A stretch of 64,000 nucleotides of DNA from Patescibacteria group bacterium (GTDB lineage: Bacteria > Patescibacteriota > JAHJAL01): assembly GCA_049322675.1 (NCBI GenBank), contig JBMORM010000010.1, forward strand, positions 19,028 to 83,027, read 5' to 3'. Within the stretch, counting starts at the first letter, position 1; the number at the start of each line of letters is the position of its first letter. The notes beneath the pieces are model-generated. The model made no database searches. It was given only the letters and a program-made list of their open reading frames with translations, and had not been told where the DNA came from. Below, piece by piece: positions 46,736 to 57,483 of the stretch. Position numbers and translations under genes: made by a program.

Positions 46736-49700
46736 TATTGTTTGTTTTGTTTCTTCCTCGAATACCACCACCCAAGTAACGCCGGTACGCCTAGTAATAA
46801 AGTTGCTTCCGGAACGATAATGTGGGGGCAGGATAAAATGGAAATGCCGTTGTTGTACTCGATTACCAAGTCATCGCAGCAGCAATTGGTAGTACAGCGA
46901 GGAGAACTGGAAGAAGCGATAGCAGTGGCGCTTTGACCATTGGGACTTTTTAAGTACCAGGTAAGGTTACTGCCATTAAAATTAACCTGGAAACTGTCTA
47001 CAACGCGTCCGGGGGTAAAGGTAGCCGGTTGTCCCCGATTGATTGGCGTGGGAGTAAATTTGTTTTTACTGCCGATAGCAATGGTAAGATTACTGTTGTA
47101 CAAATTTTCGTAACCAAAATGAGCTGTGTATGTTCCGTCATTATTGGCATCGACACATTCCAAAATCGGATTGACCTTTTTGATCGGACAGACGGATTGA
47201 GCGGTAATGTGTTCGGTATCGGAATAGGCAACAATTACACCACCTTTGTATGCCCCGATGCGATAATAATAACTTTGACCTTGGACAATACCCGTGTCTG
47301 TATAGGAGATGGTAGATTGACCGGATAAATATTGATAATAACCATCTTCCGGATAGGTTAATTCGGGATCGGTAGTAGAACGAAGCAATTTGTAACCATC
47401 AATAGTTTGATCGGTGTATTTTGTCCAATTCAATTTGATACTGTTGCAGTCATTGGCGGCGGTTAAAGCGATTGTTTCCGGAACTTGGCAGTCAACATTG
47501 CCGCACAAACTAATACTTTGGATACCTTCCTGGGTGTTGGTCAGTGTCAGACCACTTCCGGATGTCAGAGTAGTTTTTGAAGTTAAGCGAGCTTTCAAGG
47601 TGAGTGTGTTATCTACAATCAAATTATTTGGAATAGTAAAACTCCAATCAAAGTCATCGTTGTAACCCGAGGAATTATTGAGAGTAGTTAAAACATTGCC
47701 ATTACTATCCATTAAGCTAAAAGTTTCGTACAAAGTGGCAACGTTACTGCCCGAAGTTATTGTGTCACCGGTCAGATCCAAATCAGTAAAATGCATTTTT
47801 AAGGAAGCATCTGAAAAATTGTCGGGAATGCCATAGATGGAATATTCAAAATCAAGATAACCACTGGAGGTCGGGACCGATCTGGTCAGAGAAACACTAT
47901 CTGATGTCGTACCTTTGGTGGGATAGATACCCGAGGTACTTGTTTTCAACGGGATATAAAAGTAGGTATCGTCTAGATAAAGACAGTTTTCACCTTGTTG
48001 ACAGGTCGGGACGACCATGGCGTGAGCGGTGGGAATAATATCCAATTTGGGAAGGATGCTTTTTTGTTCAGTTGAAGAACCAGAATCGTAGGCTACGGCA
48101 GCGTCACAGGTTACGGCGGAGCAGGTTGCCGCTGAGTCACAATCTCCTTCGGAAGAAAGATAAGTGATGGTATAAACCAATTTTCGTTTATGTTCGACGT
48201 CACAGGTGACGGCGGGACCATTGCCGAGACTAATCGTAAGAGTCGAGGGCGTACTTTGATTGATGACGTAGTTGGTGGAGGTGATGTATTGATAATCGCC
48301 GCCGCTGGCATTGACGTGACCGACGGTAAAACTATATGTTTTATTGTGTTGCGGCTTGGAAGTCAATTTTAAAGTGGTAGAATAATTGCCGGCGGAAATA
48401 CCTCCGGGGTCATTGCCGGTCGGACAAGGATCAGAATACCAACTGTAAGAGGGATTTTGACGGTTAAATTTGACCGTTTTAGGACTAGAGGCGGCAGTCG
48501 AACTCAGATAATTGGGGTTGTTCAAATAGGCCAAATCATTGCTGGCAGCGGTAATCTCAGTAGTTGCCAAATAACTGATGGAGCCGACGATGATGGCCAG
48601 AATAACAATAATAGCCATTCCGAGCCGAGGTACACGTTTTAATTCTACCCAGAAACGTCCCTTTTTCAATTCTTCAGTTTGTTTCTTTTCAAATTTATAT
48701 ATTTTTTGTTGCGCCTCAAACGATTTGGCGGTTTTGTCCAAACTCTTGTTCAATAGTTGGACATTGGCATCAATCAAATCGAGGGAGGAACCGGCCATTT
48801 GTCCTTCCATAACAGCATCGGTCACGGAGCCGGTTTTAAAAGTCCGAACCCAGGCGCCTTCATTGGGAGAGATTAAACCTTTCAAGGACGCATAGGCCAA
48901 ATGAGGAATAATATAGTAAATATATGTCAAAAACGGTAAAAAATTGTAGTCTTTATCTTCTCCTCTTTCCAGAACTAGTCCGGAAATACACATAACCGGC
49001 AGAGCCATCAAATTGGTAAAAACCAAACTCCAACCCAAAGTGGCAGTCCAGCCGGGAACTTTGATGTGGAAAATCAATTCCCCAATCACCCAGCCGATAG
49101 TACCGACGATAAAGAAGAAAGCTTGCATATAAAAAGGAGCATAGAAGATGAATTCAATTTTTTCAATTAAGGTCATATGAGGCGAGAGCATGACTTTCCA
49201 GAAATATTTTTTAACGTTCCAGGTGTGACCTTCGGCCCAGCGGATCTGTTGTCTGGCCAATTTGTTTAGGCTGTTGACACACTCACTGGGGACTCTGATT
49301 TCCGGGGTATAACCGATTTTCCAGCCATCGATATACATTCTGATAGTGAGATTCCAGTCTTCAACGATCGAGGTATAACCGTTGGGCATTTGCCAGGTAT
49401 ATTTTTCCAAGACATCACGTCGGATGATAAAAACACTACCGGCGATCATTTTCATAGCGCCCAAATGTTGTTGAGCTGTTCGTTCAATCATGTAGCCGCC
49501 GGAGAAACCAAAACGAATACCGGAGGTCACAAAGTTTTCATCTTTATTTAAAACGTGCCATTGATAACCTTGAACGGCGGCCAGATTATTTTCTTTTTCA
49601 CGAGCAAAAGTATTACCGTTTTGGGTAAAAAACTCCTTCAAGAAACTTTTTATACTTCCCGGAGGCGGAACAAAATCGGCGTCAAAGACAATGATGAAGT

Positions 49701-50703
49701 CCGCTGCCGGGTTGGTTTGTTTGATAGCCTCTTTCAAAGCACCGCCTTTATAACCTTCACGACTTTCGCGGCGCAAAACTTTGATCATTTTATTTTTGGC
49801 ATATTTTTGCAAAATCTGTGGAGTACGATCGGTACTGTCGTCAGCGATGATTATTTCATACCGTTTATAGTCTTGTTTCAGACATGCTTCAATAACACGT
49901 TCGGCAACGTTTTCTTCGTTATAAAATGCCAAATGGATAGATACGAATGGTTGATGAATCGGATCATCAATCAAACCGATACTATCCATATTTATTTGTC
50001 GGAACAACTTTTTGGCCTTGGGACCAAGTTGGACCGGGTGTTTTGAAAATTTCAGATCACGGCTGCAAAAAGTGAAATTGTCGATATTTTTGGCTGTCTG
50101 CGGCAAGATTCTATTTTTGTTTACTGTCCAACTGGAACTTCCGGTAAATAATTTTCCTAACGCGGAAAGCCAAACCAAAAACATGGAAGATAAATCTTCA
50201 TAATTTGATTTTTTCATGACCATGATCAGCAATTGGTGCAGACGTTTACGCAAGCCGATCCGGGCCGGATGAACCACGATTTTTTCCTTACCGCGTTTTA
50301 TTTCCCAAAACATATCCCGGAGTTTGTTACTAACTTTTTGAAAAATTGCCTGATCAGACATATTAACGCCTTGACGAGAAAAACCGAGGTCGTGTTGATC
50401 GATGTGATTGATCAATAATTCAGTTCTGACTTTTTTCTTTTTAAAACCGATGGATTTTTTTGATCGAATATTGGTTCGATTTTTCTTTAATTGGTGAGCC
50501 AACATATCAATCGAACTAAAAGTAAAACCCAAACCGAGATTTGATTTTTCGGATTGAGCTTTGTCCAATGCTTGTTGATCTTTTAATAAGATGAAGATGG
50601 AAAACAAATAGTAACGGACGGAGTAAACAAAAAAGAACAATCCACATATCAAACCGATAATCGAACTGGTCAAACCGATAAAATGAATTATTTCTGGACT
50701 CAT
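46735..50703 (-). CDS. Processive family-2 glycosyltransferase (cellulose/chitin/hyaluronan-synthase-like, QxxRW) fused to a ~650-aa Ser/Thr/Cys-rich, FN3-containing ectodomain ending in a PEP-CTERM-like sorting signal
   Basis: 1322 aa. GT2 motifs VSIHLAFYNEENV (D1), IIIADDSTD, IIVFDADFVPPP (DxD), GSVFIIRRDV and QQIRWAEG (Q-x-x-R-W). At least six TM helices flank the GT domain. An FN3-like segment (CNSIKLNWTKYTDQTIDGYKLLRSTTD...GQSYYYRIGAYKGG) is present. The C-terminus is VPEATLLLGVPALLGWWYSRKKQNKQ, giving a P-E-x motif, a TM helix and a basic cluster. Confidence 0.8.
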   Translation of the reverse strand: MSPEIIHFIGLTSSIIGLICGLFFFVYSVRYYLFSIFILLKDQQALDKAQSEKSNLGLGFTFSSIDMLAHQLKKNRTNIRSKKSIGFKKKKVRTELLINHIDQHDLGFSRQGVNMSDQAIFQKVSNKLRDMFWEIKRGKEKIVVHPARIGLRKRLHQLLIMVMKKSNYEDLSSMFLVWLSALGKLFTGSSSWTVNKNRILPQTAKNIDNFTFCSRDLKFSKHPVQLGPKAKKLFRQINMDSIGLIDDPIHQPFVSIHLAFYNEENVAERVIEACLKQDYKRYEIIIADDSTDRTPQILQKYAKNKMIKVLRRESREGYKGGALKEAIKQTNPAADFIIVFDADFVPPPGSIKSFLKEFFTQNGNTFAREKENNLAAVQGYQWHVLNKDENFVTSGIRFGFSGGYMIERTAQQHLGAMKMIAGSVFIIRRDVLEKYTWQMPNGYTSIVEDWNLTIRMYIDGWKIGYTPEIRVPSECVNSLNKLARQQIRWAEGHTWNVKKYFWKVMLSPHMTLIEKIEFIFYAPFYMQAFFFIVGTIGWVIGELIFHIKVPGWTATLGWSLVFTNLMALPVMCISGLVLERGEDKDYNFLPFLTYIYYIIPHLAYASLKGLISPNEGAWVRTFKTGSVTDAVMEGQMAGSSLDLIDANVQLLNKSLDKTAKSFEAQQKIYKFEKKQTEELKKGRFWVELKRVPRLGMAIIVILAIIVGSISYLATTEITAASNDLAYLNNPNYLSSTAASSPKTVKFNRQNPSYSWYSDPCPTGNDPGGISAGNYSTTLKLTSKPQHNKTYSFTVGHVNASGGDYQYITSTNYVINQSTPSTLTISLGNGPAVTCDVEHKRKLVYTITYLSSEGDCDSAATCSAVTCDAAVAYDSGSSTEQKSILPKLDIIPTAHAMVVPTCQQGENCLYLDDTYFYIPLKTSTSGIYPTKGTTSDSVSLTRSVPTSSGYLDFEYSIYGIPDNFSDASLKMHFTDLDLTGDTITSGSNVATLYETFSLMDSNGNVLTTLNNSSGYNDDFDWSFTIPNNLIVDNTLTLKARLTSKTTLTSGSGLTLTNTQEGIQSISLCGNVDCQVPETIALTAANDCNSIKLNWTKYTDQTIDGYKLLRSTTDPELTYPEDGYYQYLSGQSTISYTDTGIVQGQSYYYRIGAYKGGVIVAYSDTEHITAQSVCPIKKVNPILECVDANNDGTYTAHFGYENLYNSNLTIAIGSKNKFTPTPINRGQPATFTPGRVVDSFQVNFNGSNLTWYLKSPNGQSATAIASSSSPRCTTNCCCDDLVIEYNNGISILSCPHIIVPEATLLLGVPALLGWWYSRKKQNKQ

Positions 50704-50987
50704 ATTTGTATTATTTTTATTTTGTGATTATTTTTTTCTTTGTTTTAGCAAATCGTTTGATTATATCTCATAAAATATTTTTGTGTCAAAGGTTTGGGTG
50801 TGGATAAGTTTATAATCGCAATATATATTTTCTTTTTTACTCTTTATTTATGCATATTTCCGTGTTTTACAAAATTAATAATGAATAGTGAATAATGAAT
50901 AATAATTTGGTAAAAATACATAAAAAAACAGGCGGTGATTTGACCGCCTGTGGAAAAGTTTTTTTCTATAATTTGGGTAACAAGAGA

Positions 50988-52751
50988 TTATCGATTCAAC
51001 TGCAAATTGGTTATCATTTCTTCTTCCATCTCTTCCAGACTCTTGCCATATACCTTGGTAAAACCTTCGGGAAATTCTTTTTCTTTGGCTAGATTGATAT
51101 ACAAATCGATGCCGTATTTATCGACGAGATATTGTGAGAGAACGCCGACCTCGAAATATTTGATGTCGCCTTCCAAAAGTTCCCAATTGACGCTCATCAA
51201 ATCTTTAAGAGGGATAAAGTGATTTTGACGGAGCATCCCCAAATAGTCACGATTGGTTTGATCCATCATGACGGCTATGCCTTCCAGAACAAAACGTTCT
51301 TTGACGGTACCAAATGTATTTTGAAAAATAATTTTGGTGGTCTCATAACCGAAACTTTGGTGGACGTCTTGGCTTTCAAATAAAATATGCATTTCTTTGT
51401 TATCCAAATCGGAAAAACTATTTTTGGCCAAGGTATAAATTTTGATCTTGTCCCAGGAAGGATAAAGATAGACATTAATTTTTTCTTTCCAGTTGATCAA
51501 CATTTTATCATTGATACTTTTGAGAGCATTTTGAAAATTTTCTTGAATAAAACTCTGATCTTCTGGCGTAAGACTGGCCCAGCCGTGAAAGACGAAGTTG
51601 GCGCTTTCGAACGTGGTTAGTTGATCATAGCTTTCGAGATCAAACTCGGGAAGTAGGGCAAAACTTTGAACAAATTGTTTGAATACTGTCTGGTTTTGAC
51701 TGAAATCTTTTTTGGGAACGAGAATACTTATTTCGTAACCAAAATAATATTTTTGCATCAAAACAGTAATCTGATAGAAATTGTCCTGTTCCAAAGCAAT
51801 GATCTCCGACTGGTTATTTTTAAAATTAATATCCGATTTGGTGGCTAGTATTGTTGTTTTTTGATCAAGATCAGTTTTAAACAGTTCTTCAACTTTTTGC
51901 AAATAATTGGCCTTGGGATATTTTTTGACGGTCAGGCTGCTATCTCCCGAAACAAGTTTCAAATCGGCGTTGGATTCGATTTTTTCCCAACCGGTGGGAA
52001 GCATTATTTTGTAATGATTGTCCGGATCAAGATACTCCTGCTCGGGGGCTACAGTAAAATCTGGTTCATGAGCAATGTCAAAATTACCTAACAGCAATTC
52101 GCCTCTTTTTTGATTGACTTTGGTCAAAAGTTCCAAGGCAGGTTGATAATCCGGAGACATGGCCAAAATCTCATCCACTTTCGTTTTGGCCGGTTCAAAT
52201 GAATTTTGATTATAAAAGTCCTGGGCTTGTTTAAAAGCCAACTCGATTTCAGTCAGCGGACGGTTAAATAATTTTTCTTTGATGAGATTGATTAAACCAA
52301 AGCTGGCAAACAAAAGGATGATTATTACCAGCAAACTAATGGCGCCACCGATAAGCCAGGCGATTGATTTACCCCGGAAAATTTCATTTTCAAGAATAAC
52401 GCTGCTGCCACCAGGACTGAGCCAACTACTTTTTTCTTTTTTATCCTGTTTGGTAGCGGCGGAGAAAAATTTTTCGGCTAGTTTGGAATTGGTTATCGAA
52501 CTATGTGTTTTGGACATTTCTTTGTCAATAAATTCCTCGTCGATATTTTCAGTTGCCCCAGTTTTTACCGTATTTTCTTTGTTTGGAACCGTGTTCTCGG
52601 CACGAGAATGATCATCTTTTTGTTTGAAAAAGATGTTAATTTTTTCATTTGATTCCAACCATCTACTGAACCGACTCCACAAATCATTTTTTTGTGGTCC
52701 AAGTTTGATCGGTTTGGATAAATTGGCCAGGTTTATTTGTTTTACATCCAT
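50988..52751 (-). CDS. Hypothetical type-II membrane protein (587 aa)
   Basis: The N-terminal roughly 115 aa are cytoplasmic. A single TM (IAWLIGGAISLLVIIILLFASFGLINLI) precedes a large extracytoplasmic domain. No recognisable motif. Confidence 0.6.
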   Translation of the reverse strand: MDVKQINLANLSKPIKLGPQKNDLWSRFSRWLESNEKINIFFKQKDDHSRAENTVPNKENTVKTGATENIDEEFIDKEMSKTHSSITNSKLAEKFFSAATKQDKKEKSSWLSPGGSSVILENEIFRGKSIAWLIGGAISLLVIIILLFASFGLINLIKEKLFNRPLTEIELAFKQAQDFYNQNSFEPAKTKVDEILAMSPDYQPALELLTKVNQKRGELLLGNFDIAHEPDFTVAPEQEYLDPDNHYKIMLPTGWEKIESNADLKLVSGDSSLTVKKYPKANYLQKVEELFKTDLDQKTTILATKSDINFKNNQSEIIALEQDNFYQITVLMQKYYFGYEISILVPKKDFSQNQTVFKQFVQSFALLPEFDLESYDQLTTFESANFVFHGWASLTPEDQSFIQENFQNALKSINDKMLINWKEKINVYLYPSWDKIKIYTLAKNSFSDLDNKEMHILFESQDVHQSFGYETTKIIFQNTFGTVKERFVLEGIAVMMDQTNRDYLGMLRQNHFIPLKDLMSVNWELLEGDIKYFEVGVLSQYLVDKYGIDLYINLAKEKEFPEGFTKVYGKSLEEMEEEMITNLQLNR

Positions 52752-52844
52752 GAATATTGGTTTTTATTTGGATATTATTTTTAGATTAAATCCGTATATT
52801 GTAGCATGCCTGGGTAAATTTTGCAAGGTTTGGGGCGCAAAAAA

Positions 52845-52872
52845 TGTAGGGGCGGTTCATGAACCGCCCCTA
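52845..52872. repeat. REP-like palindrome (single unit)
   Basis: gtaggggcggttcatgaaccgcccctac is a perfect hairpin, downstream of groEL. Confidence 0.85.
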
Positions 52873-52999
52873 CGATGATATTTTATTTGCAGACATGGGA
52901 CCAAAAATTGTATTTAATTAAAAACACAATCCCTCAAATCATGTCTGCGTAGGCCAGTGTATGCTTATCGGGATATTTAAGCAATACTTTTTCAAGAAA

Positions 53000-54682
<1,683 letters not shown>

Positions 54683-54744
54683 TTATTCAGTTAAAAAAGT
54701 GAATTGTGGTTCTTGATGCGTGGAAGAAAGAAAGTTGGTTCATA

Positions 54745-54800
54745 AATTTCCAATTTTCAATTTTCAATTTCCATTAAATTTCCAATTTTCAATTTCCAAA
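54745..54800. repeat. Family-2 heptad repeats in the groES-groEL intergenic region
   Basis: aaatttccaattttcaattttcaatttccattaaatttccaattttcaatttccaaacg. Confidence 0.7.
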
Positions 54801-54809
54801 CGAAAAAGA

Positions 54810-54932
54810 GTGTCATCCTGGAGCTGGAAGGTAATCCGCTCCAATATCCAGGATCCATTTCCTTAATTTATTTTATTTTTTTCTGGATTTAAGGATAAGA
54901 AGCGTGATTACACTTTCTTTCCAGAATGACAA
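54810..54932. mobile_element. MITE-like double-hairpin element inserted between groES and groEL
   Basis: gtgtcatcctggagctggaaggtaatccgctccaatatccaggatcc...ttctggatttaaggataagaagcgtgattacactttctttccagaatgacaa. Confidence 0.8.
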
Positions 54933-54955
54933 GATTCCGTGAATGCGTCTAGTAA

Positions 54956-55243
54956 TTAATCTTTGACAATGGCGATGACATCGGATTCGGCGAGAATCAT
55001 GTATTCTTTGCCGTCGATTTTGAATTCGTCGGGAGCGTAGCGGCGGAAAATGATAATATCACCGACTTCAATAGTCATGGGGATGATTTTGCCGTTGTCA
55101 TCCCGCTTGCCCTTACCTACAGCCAATACTTTGGCTTTTTGCGGTTTTTCTTTGTCCATGGTTTCCGGGACGACAAAACCTGATTTACTGGTTTCGACAA
55201 TCGCTTCGATAAGCAGGCGATCGCCTAGAGGGAGTAGTTTCAT
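54956..55243 (-). CDS. groES: Co-chaperonin GroES (Cpn10)
   Basis: 95 aa. MKLLPLGDRLLIEAIVETSKSGFVVPETMDKEKPQKAKVLAVGKG...IIFRRYAPDEFKIDGKEYMILAESDVIAIV. Confidence 0.95.
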   Translation of the reverse strand: MKLLPLGDRLLIEAIVETSKSGFVVPETMDKEKPQKAKVLAVGKGKRDDNGKIIPMTIEVGDIIIFRRYAPDEFKIDGKEYMILAESDVIAIVKD

Positions 55244-55297
55244 AAATGACTCCTTTCAATTAAAAATGGTTAATAGATGAATAAAATCGAATTTATT

Positions 55298-55324
55298 TTA
55301 GCACTCAAATAATTCATGTGCTAT
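55298..55324 (-). promoter_or_regulatory. Degenerate CIRCE-like inverted repeat upstream of groES (putative HrcA operator)
   Basis: The + strand reads TTAGCACTC-AAATAATTC-ATGTGCTAT. One half-site is a perfect CIRCE half (TTAGCACTC / GAGTGCTAA on the other strand), and the other half matches 5 of 9 with the correct 9-nt spacer. It sits about 55 nt upstream of the groES start. Confidence 0.45.
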
Positions 55325-55703
55325 TTTTTATTTTAAAAAAGTTTATGGCGACTGACAAGAGGAAAGTTATTCAATTTTTAATTTTCAATTTATAATTTAT
55401 AAACAGATTTTGTTAGGATATTTATGGGAGATTTGAAGAGATAAAAATTTAGTGTTAAGATGTTGTTGTGTGATTTTGCTTGAAAAAAATCTTGGTAATA
55501 TAGATCCAAATATTTTTTCTCGTGAAAATTGTCGAAGAAATTTTTAAAATATTCCAAAAATTGTGAATGCTCCGATTGACCGGAGTGTAACGAGGATCAA
55601 TCAGGAAATGAAAATTTTTGGAAAGAGGAGGAACCGGTCCGGTAGTGCAGCGAAAGGCAAGTATTCTTGACTTGCTCGAAACAGTAGGATCGTGTTCTGA
55701 CGA

Positions 55704-55777
55704 GGGCGGTTAGCTCAGCTGGTTAGAGCGCCACATTGACATTGTGGAGGTCAGAGGTTCGATTCCTCTATCGCCCA
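55704..55777 (+). tRNA. tRNA-Val (anticodon GAC)
   Basis: Cloverleaf: acceptor GGGCGGT/ATCGCCC (7 bp, one G-T), D-arm GCTC-AGCTGGTTA-GAGC, anticodon arm CCACA-TTGACAT-TGTGG (U33, G34 A35 C36, A37), variable loop AGGTC, T-arm AGAGG-TTCGATT-CCTCT, discriminator A. No CCA is encoded. Confidence 0.85.
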
Positions 55778-55784
55778 TTATTTA

Positions 55785-55822
55785 AAAAAACCGTTATGAA
55801 ATTATAACGGTTTTTTGTTGAT
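55785..55822 (+). terminator. Rho-independent terminator after tRNA-Val
   Basis: aaaaaaaccgttatgaaattataacggttttttgttg is a hairpin (accgttat/ataacggt) followed by a T-run. Confidence 0.75.
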
Positions 55823-55833
55823 TTTGAAAAAGA

Positions 55834-56037
55834 TTATTCCTGATTTTCCTTGATTACTTCCTGATTAGCTAGCTTTTCTAGTTTCGTTAAATAATTTTCC
55901 AGGTACGAGTCACGTAAATCAATTCTTTCTTCCGTTTCTTCTTGATTATTTTCTCGGGGACAAAAATTGGGTTTGGTCATGTTTTCGTTATTAAATATTA
56001 TTTTTTCTATATTAACGATTATTTTGCCAAAGGGCAA
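55834..56037 (-). CDS. Small hypothetical protein (67 aa)
   Basis: ORF only. Acidic C-terminal half. No support beyond an open frame. Confidence 0.25.
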   Translation of the reverse strand: MPFGKIIVNIEKIIFNNENMTKPNFCPRENNQEETEERIDLRDSYLENYLTKLEKLANQEVIKENQE

Positions 56038-56540
56038 ATGGGCAAGAAAAAACCCCGGGCGAGGACTCTATTTTATATTTTTGGTGGTGATAGAGTGCCG
56101 AATTGTGCCCGGGGTAAAAGATTTATTTAAATTTTGATTTTTTCAAAAAACCCTGACCGCTTTAATTTCGTGAATCGAAGCTCTTTTGAGATTTAATGAG
56201 CGGCGGCCAGGGTATCAAAAACCCCTTAAATCTCTCCCTTTCGAAAGAAAAGGAGAGATAAAGAGGATTGTTTTAAAAAATAATTTGAGGAAATGTCGAA
56301 AAGGAGGTAAATAGAGAAAACGACATTTCCTCAAATTTTTTCAGAAAGAAAGGATGATTTTTTATTTCAACAAACCAAACACCTGCCCTTGCTCCAAGGC
56401 AAGAAGACCTTTTAAAGGAGGGAATAATAAAATGGTCTTCAGTGAGGGGGGATTTTTTTATTTTTTCCCCGGCTTGGAGCAGATTTTTTTGGGATTTTTA
56501 AAAGGGAGGTGTTTGGTTTGGGATTTTTTGGTTTTTTATC

Positions 56541-56570
56541 GTAGGGGCGGGTTTCAAACCCGCCCCTACA
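56541..56570. repeat. REP-like palindrome
   Basis: gtaggggcgggtttcaaacccgcccctaca. Confidence 0.85.
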
Positions 56571-56687
56571 TATATTTTTTTTAAAGATCAAAATAATACC
56601 GATGAATTCATGTTTTTATCGAATCCATCAGTGATTTCATCATATCAGAAAATATTGGAATGTGCCAAAATTTGGGGGTTAATTTTG

Positions 56688-56714
56688 TTGGGGCGGGGTG
56701 ACCCCGCCCGTACA
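56688..56714. repeat. REP-like palindrome
   Basis: ggggcggggtgaccccgcccgtaca. Confidence 0.85.
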
Positions 56715-56774
56715 TTAATTATTTATTAATTTTTATTTCATTTGAAAATAATTTCGGTTTGTTAATTTGGGAAT

Positions 56775-57377
56775 ATGCGAATAAATGCCAGAAAAACAAT
56801 CCGTTTGCCAAATTATGATTATTCATCACCCGATGATTATTTTGTGACGATTTGTACGAAGGATCGGGAATGTTTGTTGGGAAATGTGATTGATGATGAA
56901 ATGGTGTTGAATAAATACGGGAAAATTATTGAACAATATTGGTTTGATTTACCCAATCATTATCCCAATATCATATTGGATGAATTTGTGGTGATGCCCA
57001 ATCATGTGCATATGATCATATCAATCGTAGGGGCGGGGTCTCCCCGCCCTTCCACGGTTTTGCCCCGCCCCTCCATGAATCAAAACGCAATCCGAAACAT
57101 TAAACCGATTCACCAAATAAACGACAATTGTGTGAGGGGCGAGGAAACCTCGCCCCTACGAAAAATACGAAAAATAACGTTGGGCAATATTGTTGCATAT
57201 TTTAAATATCAAACAACCAAACAAATAAACAAAATTTTGTGCAATATTGGTCATAAAATCTGGCAACGGAATTATTTTGAACGGATCATAAGAAATGAAC
57301 GCGAATTGAACAAAACCCGGGAATATATTCAAAACAATCCATACAATTGGCCAAACGATCGAAATAATAATTTATAA
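56775..57377 (+). CDS. IS200/IS605-family Y1 (HuH) transposase of the REP-associated tyrosine transposase (RAYT) type, carrying an in-frame REP insertion
   Basis: 200 aa. The HuH motif is MPNHVHMII. The catalytic-Tyr helix is WQRNYFERIIRNERELNKTREYIQNNPYNW (compare the IS200/RAYT consensus WQR.YY-H.IR.E.-L....YI..NP). Between the two, about 45 aa (GAGSPRPSTVLPRPSMNQNAIRNIKPIHQINDNCVRGEETSPLRKIRK) are encoded by REP DNA (57027..57160). Confidence 0.8.
   Translation: MRINARKTIRLPNYDYSSPDDYFVTICTKDRECLLGNVIDDEMVLNKYGKIIEQYWFDLPNHYPNIILDEFVVMPNHVHMIISIVGAGSPRPSTVLPRPSMNQNAIRNIKPIHQINDNCVRGEETSPLRKIRKITLGNIVAYFKYQTTKQINKILCNIGHKIWQRNYFERIIRNERELNKTREYIQNNPYNWPNDRNNNL
57027..57160. repeat. REP units inserted in-frame inside the RAYT coding sequence
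   Basis: gtaggggcggggtctccccgccc ... ccccgcccctcc ... gaggggcgaggaaacctcgcccctacg. No stop codon in the gene's frame. Confidence 0.8.
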
Positions 57378-57483
57378 CGTACGGGCGGGGTCTCCCCGCC
57401 CCTCCATGGTTATTTTTCCTTTCCACGTTATTTTAACCTCCTTGGGCAATCGCAATGAGGGGCGGGGAAACCCCGCCCCTACG
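57378..57483. repeat. Two REP units immediately 3' of the RAYT gene
   Basis: gtacgggcggggtctccccgcccctcc and gaggggcggggaaaccccgcccctacgg. Confidence 0.85.

Noticed and set aside
56040-56770. A possible RNase P RNA, SRP RNA or tmRNA gene in the hairpin-rich spacer next to tRNA-Val
   Set aside because: I could not find the conserved motifs by eye: the RNase P P4 GGAAAGUCCGG, the SRP domain IV GGAAGCAGCC, or the tmRNA T-arm plus tag reading frame. The stretch is left as an unexplained finding rather than a feature.
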